Below are positions 59,292-64,000 of a stretch of DNA of 64,000 bases, in pieces. Location: the NCBI GenBank assembly GCA_918797485.1, contig CAKKNE010000001.1:5270001-5334000 (forward strand). The letters are read 5' to 3'. This DNA comes from Pelagomonas calceolata (Eukaryota). The notes under the pieces are model-generated. The model ran no database searches, had not been told where the DNA came from, and saw only the letters and a list, made by a program, of their open reading frames with translations. Both the position numbers and the translations under genes were made by a program. Position 1 is the stretch's first letter; the number at the start of each line of letters is the position of its first letter.

Positions 59292-59563
59292 TCGCTGTCC
59301 CTCCTCTCCCCGCCCGCTCTTTCAAGTAAGAGTTCTACGTATATTCTACCGCGCGTCGACGGCGTTTAGAGGCTCGCAAAATTCCCCGCGGGTTTTCGCG
59401 TTTTTGTCGATCGTTTAGTTGCGACTTTGCGGCCCTACGCTGCGTGCAGAAGTCCAAACCTGTGAGGCATAGTCACCGCAGACCGCTCCCAGCATCGCTG
59501 TGCATCGCTGCGTCTCAGGCTGCACGCTGCAGGCGTATTGCTGCAACAAGGCGACGTGCATCG

Positions 59564-60319
59564 ATGCCCCGCGCCGCATCGCTCGCGACACTGATGGCGG
59601 GAGTAGTCCTGGGCGACCTCTCGCAGCTCGCGCCGCCAGCAAAGGGCAAGACGCGGCTGTACCTGTGCCGCCACGGCCAGACCGACTGGAACGCCGCGAA
59701 GAAAATACAAGGGTCCGTGGATCGGGAGTTGAACGAGCTCGGCGAGCGGCAGGCGTTGTTGATAGGCGAAGCGCTGAAAAGTGTGGACATAACGCTCGTC
59801 GCCGCGAGTCCGTTGTCGAGGGCGTTCCGCACGGCGGACCTCGCGATGAATGTTGCGTGTCCTAGCGTGGAGGGCGTGCGCATCCATCCTGGTTTAAGGG
59901 AGATGAATTTCGGTGAATTGGAGGGCGCCGTGGCCGCCGAGTCATCGCTCTACGCGGAGGTGAATGCCGCGTGGGCGAGCGGCGACGTCGAGAGGAAGTG
60001 GCCCGCGGGCGAGAGCCCTAGAGATGTGGAGTTACGAGGACGGCAAGCTTTAGCAGGCTTGGGTTTGCTCGGCCAGAAAGATGGACCTCTCCATACGCAT
60101 GTGGCCGTCGTGTGCCACGGGCGGTTCAACAAGATCTTGTTGAGCTCGCTGCTAGGGAGGGGCATCGACAAGTGCGGCGAGATCCAGCAGGGCAACTGCT
60201 GCATTAATGTGGTGGACGTCGACGTCGCCGCGGCGGTCGATGCGGCACAACCGGCGACGGAGGTCGCCCTGGACTCGCGCGACCATCTGAACGGGGTCGA
60301 CGCGGACACGCCGTCATGA
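59564..60319 (+). CDS. Histidine phosphatase superfamily (phosphoglycerate mutase-like) protein
   Basis: LYLCRHGQTDWN, SPLSRA..TA, LREMNFGELEG, GES and VVCHG. Confidence 0.92.
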   Translation: MPRAASLATLMAGVVLGDLSQLAPPAKGKTRLYLCRHGQTDWNAAKKIQGSVDRELNELGERQALLIGEALKSVDITLVAASPLSRAFRTADLAMNVACPSVEGVRIHPGLREMNFGELEGAVAAESSLYAEVNAAWASGDVERKWPAGESPRDVELRGRQALAGLGLLGQKDGPLHTHVAVVCHGRFNKILLSSLLGRGIDKCGEIQQGNCCINVVDVDVAAAVDAAQPATEVALDSRDHLNGVDADTPS

Positions 60320-60403
60320 CCCCTTACGCGCTCGCCTTCGCCCGATCGTAGTATTCTCGTACCGTGACTAGCACGCCATCGTCGCTTACAAGAAAGATAA
60401 ACG

Positions 60404-60955
60404 TTAGTCGAGCTTCTCCGCCTGCCAGAGCCCGTCCCCCAGGAAGTGGAGGTTCTCGACGCAGTGGCCCTTGTTCACCTCGCGCACGGCGTCGCGCCCC
60501 ATGAGCACCTGGCCCACGGCCATGGCGTGCTTCTTGCCGTGGGCTCCAATAACAACTGGAGAGCCTTTGGGCAAGTCGTGGTCGAGCGCCCCGTCCTCCG
60601 ACGTAAACCCGGGGCACATGATGTTCGCGCCGCCCAGGACGAAGCGGATCGCGCCGGCGTCGGTCTGCCACGTGCTCGTGGCGAAGCACGACTTCCTCCT
60701 GTGAACTAACCGCAACGTCGGGTACCACGGGCCGTCGCGCTGCTGGAAGAACAGCGGTTCCTGGGCGGCGCACAAAATATTCACGTGGTTCTGGCACTTG
60801 GCCATGGAGATGTCTTTCTTCGGGAGGATCTCATCAATAACATCTTCGATCAAGGGGTACTGCTCGACCAACGCCGCGCGGATGCCGCGCACCACGCTAG
60901 ACTTGACTTGCGACCGGCTGGAGACGGCCTCGGCGGGGTCGAACTTCTTGAACAT
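60404..60955 (-). CDS. MCTS1: MCT-1/Tma20 translation re-initiation factor (pre-PUA + PUA)
   Basis: MFKKF...VKSSVVRGI, PTLRLVH, DAGAIRFVLGGANIMCPG and NLHFLGDGLW. Confidence 0.93.
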   Translation of the reverse strand: MFKKFDPAEAVSSRSQVKSSVVRGIRAALVEQYPLIEDVIDEILPKKDISMAKCQNHVNILCAAQEPLFFQQRDGPWYPTLRLVHRRKSCFATSTWQTDAGAIRFVLGGANIMCPGFTSEDGALDHDLPKGSPVVIGAHGKKHAMAVGQVLMGRDAVREVNKGHCVENLHFLGDGLWQAEKLD

Positions 60956-61166
60956 TTTTGTCTTATTTGTCGCGGCGGCGGCGTTGCTGTTGGCTGCTGC
61001 GGCGGCGGCGTGCAGTGAGGTGTGCGCTGCTGTGTTGACTGCTCCGGCGGGACGACGCGGCGCGCGAGGTTCGCTGGAGGTCTGGATTGGTTCAAGAAGC
61101 ACCGATGCTGGCGTACAGGCGGCAGCGCTGCACAGAGCATGCAAAAAAGGCGAGCAGGGCATCCGC

Positions 61167-61190
61167 GCTAGCGGTCTGTAACACACTAGC
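61167..61190 (+). promoter_or_regulatory. CTAG-element copy
   Basis: GCTAGCGGTCTGTAACACACTAGC between the divergent MCTS1 and WW genes. Confidence 0.8.
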
Positions 61191-61418
61191 AAACACGGTT
61201 TTTTTGCTTCACAACTTACACCAGCTTTATACATGTGGAGGCAGCCCAAGCGGCCGCGAATGGACGCGCAGGGGCAAGCTATGCGACGCATTGATCGTAT
61301 AGCGCGATGAGCGGGCCGGGCTGCGGCTAAGGGCTGCCGGCCCAAACAGACTGCCCAACCGGCACGCCATCGACGCGCCGCGGCTGGGGCGCCGCACTGC
61401 TGCCCAAGACAGTGAAAC

Positions 61419-62396
61419 ATGGCCTGGACGCGCGAGTTCGACACGACCTACCAGACCCACTACTGGTACGACGCGGCGACGGGCGCGTCGAGCTGGACGG
61501 AGCCGCCGGGCTGGAGCGAGCCGAGCGTCGAAGCCGAGAACCCGGAGACGGACCGACTCACAAATAAGGACGACGAGCTCGAGCTGGTGGACCTGGGGCC
61601 GCGGCGGCGCGAGCGGTCGCAGGACGACTCGGACGATGAGTCCGACGAGGACGTGGAGATGCTGCCCTCATCAAGGGCGGACGCCGCCGCGCGCCAGGTC
61701 TACGCGGAGACGGCGCCGACCATGCGCCAGTGGCGGTGCTGCTTCTACTTCCACGCGAATTTTTGTGAGCAATACTGCGCGGCGGCCGAAGCTTTAATAA
61801 GGGCGCCGTGCTATGTGGTTGCTGGTATTATAGTGATCTGCTGCCGGCCGACGCTGGGCTATCGATATATAAGAGAGGGGCTGCTGTTCGCGGCGCTGGG
61901 CGTCACATTACTACTACCGTGCGCGGTCGCGTGTGGTGTTTATGGAGACCATAGCGTCGACAAGGACACGTGGCTGATGAAGCCGGTCTGCACTTTATTA
62001 GGCTGCGTCGACGCGCGGCGCTTATTCTGCATCACGTGCGGCCAGGGGTCCCTCGCGAAGAACGCGACGTTCGGCGCCTCAGAAAAATCGCAGGACTCCT
62101 GGCCCGGCCGCGTCGTGCACCCGCCTCTCAAATACTGGCGGAAGGGCGCGCGGGCGTGTAGTAGGGCCGAGAAAATGGCAATCGCGGCCTTCTGGGTCGC
62201 GTACCACTACGCGGTCCAGGCCGGGCACGCTCTATTGCATTATGGTAGAGAGGGCCTCGGCTGGGCGCGCGACTACTTCCGAGATGATGGAGGGCGCTGG
62301 CGGCGGGTCCCCTCCAACGCCTTCCCGGCGGCGTTCTCGCCCGAGCGCCCGCCGCGCCACGACCCCGGCCTCGAGGGCGTCGTCGAACTTGTGTAA
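61419..62396 (+). CDS. WW-domain membrane protein
   Basis: N-terminal WTREFD..YQTHYWYDAATGASSWTEP (WW domain), an acidic linker and Cys-rich hydrophobic segments. Confidence 0.78.
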   Translation: MAWTREFDTTYQTHYWYDAATGASSWTEPPGWSEPSVEAENPETDRLTNKDDELELVDLGPRRRERSQDDSDDESDEDVEMLPSSRADAAARQVYAETAPTMRQWRCCFYFHANFCEQYCAAAEALIRAPCYVVAGIIVICCRPTLGYRYIREGLLFAALGVTLLLPCAVACGVYGDHSVDKDTWLMKPVCTLLGCVDARRLFCITCGQGSLAKNATFGASEKSQDSWPGRVVHPPLKYWRKGARACSRAEKMAIAAFWVAYHYAVQAGHALLHYGREGLGWARDYFRDDGGRWRRVPSNAFPAAFSPERPPRHDPGLEGVVELV

Positions 62397-62646
62397 GTAT
62401 CTTAACTTTTTTTGTCCTTCTCCCCTGGTCCCGGTGAGCGTGTGAGCCAAATGTCCAACCGCGCCGGGAGCGTGCGCGTGAGTCTGAAGTGTGTTCAGGC
62501 CGGTGCCCGACTTTGTCTCGGCACCGCGACGGCAGCCCAAGCGCGCTATGCGTGGACCGGCGGAACGACTCAAAACAACCCGCGTGAAAAACCTGTGTGC
62601 CGCTCGCGCGTGCCCTACAAGCTCGTACGGCCGAGTTTTTATGTTT

Positions 62647-62670
62647 GCTAGTGTGTTACTGGCTGCTAGC
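62647..62670 (-). promoter_or_regulatory. CTAG-element copy
   Basis: Reverse strand reads GCTAGCAGCCAGTAACACACTAGC, upstream of the CDF gene. Confidence 0.72.
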
Positions 62671-62967
62671 TCGATTATTTTTTCAGCTGCCGCGTGCCTG
62701 GAGGATAACGCGGCTACCACTAACCCATCGCTGGGACGACGGCCAATAAGCACTCGCCGCAGCCAACAGGTGGTCCGGCAGAGTGAGCCTGACAACAAGC
62801 AGGCAGTGAGCCAACAAGCAGGCCGCTGACTGCTGCGCCGCCGCGCACACAACTGCGCGCGCAAGCTGCCGCCCGCGCCCCGCGCAATCCACCGCGCCCC
62901 CCGGCGCAAATCAGCGTTCAACATTGAGTCGACGGCCGCCGACCGCGCGCGGCCGCTGCTCGGCGCG

Positions 62968-63750
62968 ATGGCCGACCCACCACCGCCACAACCGGACCCG
63001 TCCCTGAAGCTGACCAAGCGCGAGGAGTACACGTTGGGGTTCACGACCATCGCCTTCATGGCCTTTTCGGTGATTGAGATGATCTACGCGTTTTCCAGTA
63101 ATTCGATGGCCTTGTTGGGCGACGCCGTCGCGATGATGGTCGACGCCTGCACCTACATGTTCAACGGCTGTGCCATAAGAAGAGCACGGCAGCAGGGCAA
63201 GGAGGACAAGTGGGCCGTGCTAGGACCGGTCATTTCGACGTCCGTACTCATAGGGGCTATGATCTACATTTTCTACGACGCCGTCTCCACACTAGCCTCG
63301 GGGGCGTCGGGCGACGGCGTGAACCTGGTCGTGGTCCTGGCCTTCGGCCTCGCGAACCTCGTGATTGACATCGCGTCCGGCGTGCTCTTCTGCGCCTACC
63401 CGGACGCCTACAAGGCGGTCCTCGTCTTCGCCGAGCCCGAGTCCTTGGAAGCCGACGGCGGCATGAACATCCGGTCCGCACTCACGCACGTCGTCGCCGA
63501 TACTTATAGAACGATCGCTGTGCTTGTAACGGCGAGCGCCGCGATGGCCGACGACGCCATCTCCTCGACGGCCGCGGACGCCTGGGGCGCCATCGCCGTC
63601 GAGATCCCGGTCCTGGTCATGGCCTTCGGCCTCGGGCGGGCGGCGTGGAACCGGTACGTCGCGCGGCGGTCCGGCCCGCCGGCGCCGGCGCCGCGGCCGT
63701 CGCAGCCGCCGCCTGCGACCCCGGAGGCGCGGGACAGCGGGCTCGTCTAA
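62968..63750 (+). CDS. Cation diffusion facilitator (CDF/SLC30-like) metal transporter
   Basis: SNSMALLGDAVAMMVD and MNIRSALTHVVADTYR motifs; about six TM segments. Confidence 0.88.
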   Translation: MADPPPPQPDPSLKLTKREEYTLGFTTIAFMAFSVIEMIYAFSSNSMALLGDAVAMMVDACTYMFNGCAIRRARQQGKEDKWAVLGPVISTSVLIGAMIYIFYDAVSTLASGASGDGVNLVVVLAFGLANLVIDIASGVLFCAYPDAYKAVLVFAEPESLEADGGMNIRSALTHVVADTYRTIAVLVTASAAMADDAISSTAADAWGAIAVEIPVLVMAFGLGRAAWNRYVARRSGPPAPAPRPSQPPPATPEARDSGLV

Positions 63751-64000
63751 GTTTTCTTAGGAATCGTCGGGAGCTCCCCTCGCATCTGCCCGCGCGGGGT
63801 GCAACTCGCGCTGCTGCTCCGGACTTGTGCTGCTCTCTTATTGCTCCGTACGCTTAAGAATTGCCGATCTCTCCGCGCGTCGCGGCCTCCAGCTGGCTGC
63901 ATGTTGCCCTCCCTCAGCTGCAGTCCTTTTGCGAGGCTGTACATACGCGTCTGCTGCAGCTCAGACGATCGCCAGGCCTTGTGTGGCTCTTTAGACAGCC

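Noticed and set aside
1..64000. Autonomous transposase, viral insertion, tRNA/rRNA genes or a functional gene cluster
   Set aside because: No DDE, RT, capsid or structured-RNA signatures were recognised, and neighbouring genes are functionally unrelated.

Overview
This is a gene-dense, GC-rich eukaryotic nuclear sequence. It is most consistent with a pelagophyte stramenopile alga (Pelagomonas/Aureococcus type); this is an inference from bipartite plastid-targeting leaders, a plastid phosphate translocator, a flagellar dynein light chain and introner-like introns. About 35 protein-coding genes are packed with very short spacers, and convergent stop codons lie as close as 0-5 bp. Seven short introns (61-155 bp) were reconstructed by hand; five restore or complete recognisable family motifs and two give plausible in-frame joins. 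They share related sequence: GY donor, a CGGCGTCC box, an ACGCCATCGACGCG core and a CGCAG/CACAG acceptor. One of them keeps perfect 16-bp terminal inverted repeats, i.e. an introner/MITE-like element. Two further non-coding signals recur. A ~24-bp GCTAGCGGCCTGTAAGACACTAGC element (CTAG-N14-CTAG) sits upstream of many genes, especially in divergent promoters. The intron core 14-mer also occurs just downstream of stop codons, in the opposite orientation. Unusual proteins include a J-domain fused to PARP1-type DNA-sensing modules, a SHOCT-SAP-J-zinc-finger protein, an RS/GWG-repeat HECT ligase, an FG-like repeat protein ending in two inactive-looking HisB/IGPD folds, a 3.3-kaa surface protein, a chlorophyll b reductase-like SDR and a prokaryote-type SQR-like flavoprotein. 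All calls come from reading the sequence and motifs; no database searches were run.
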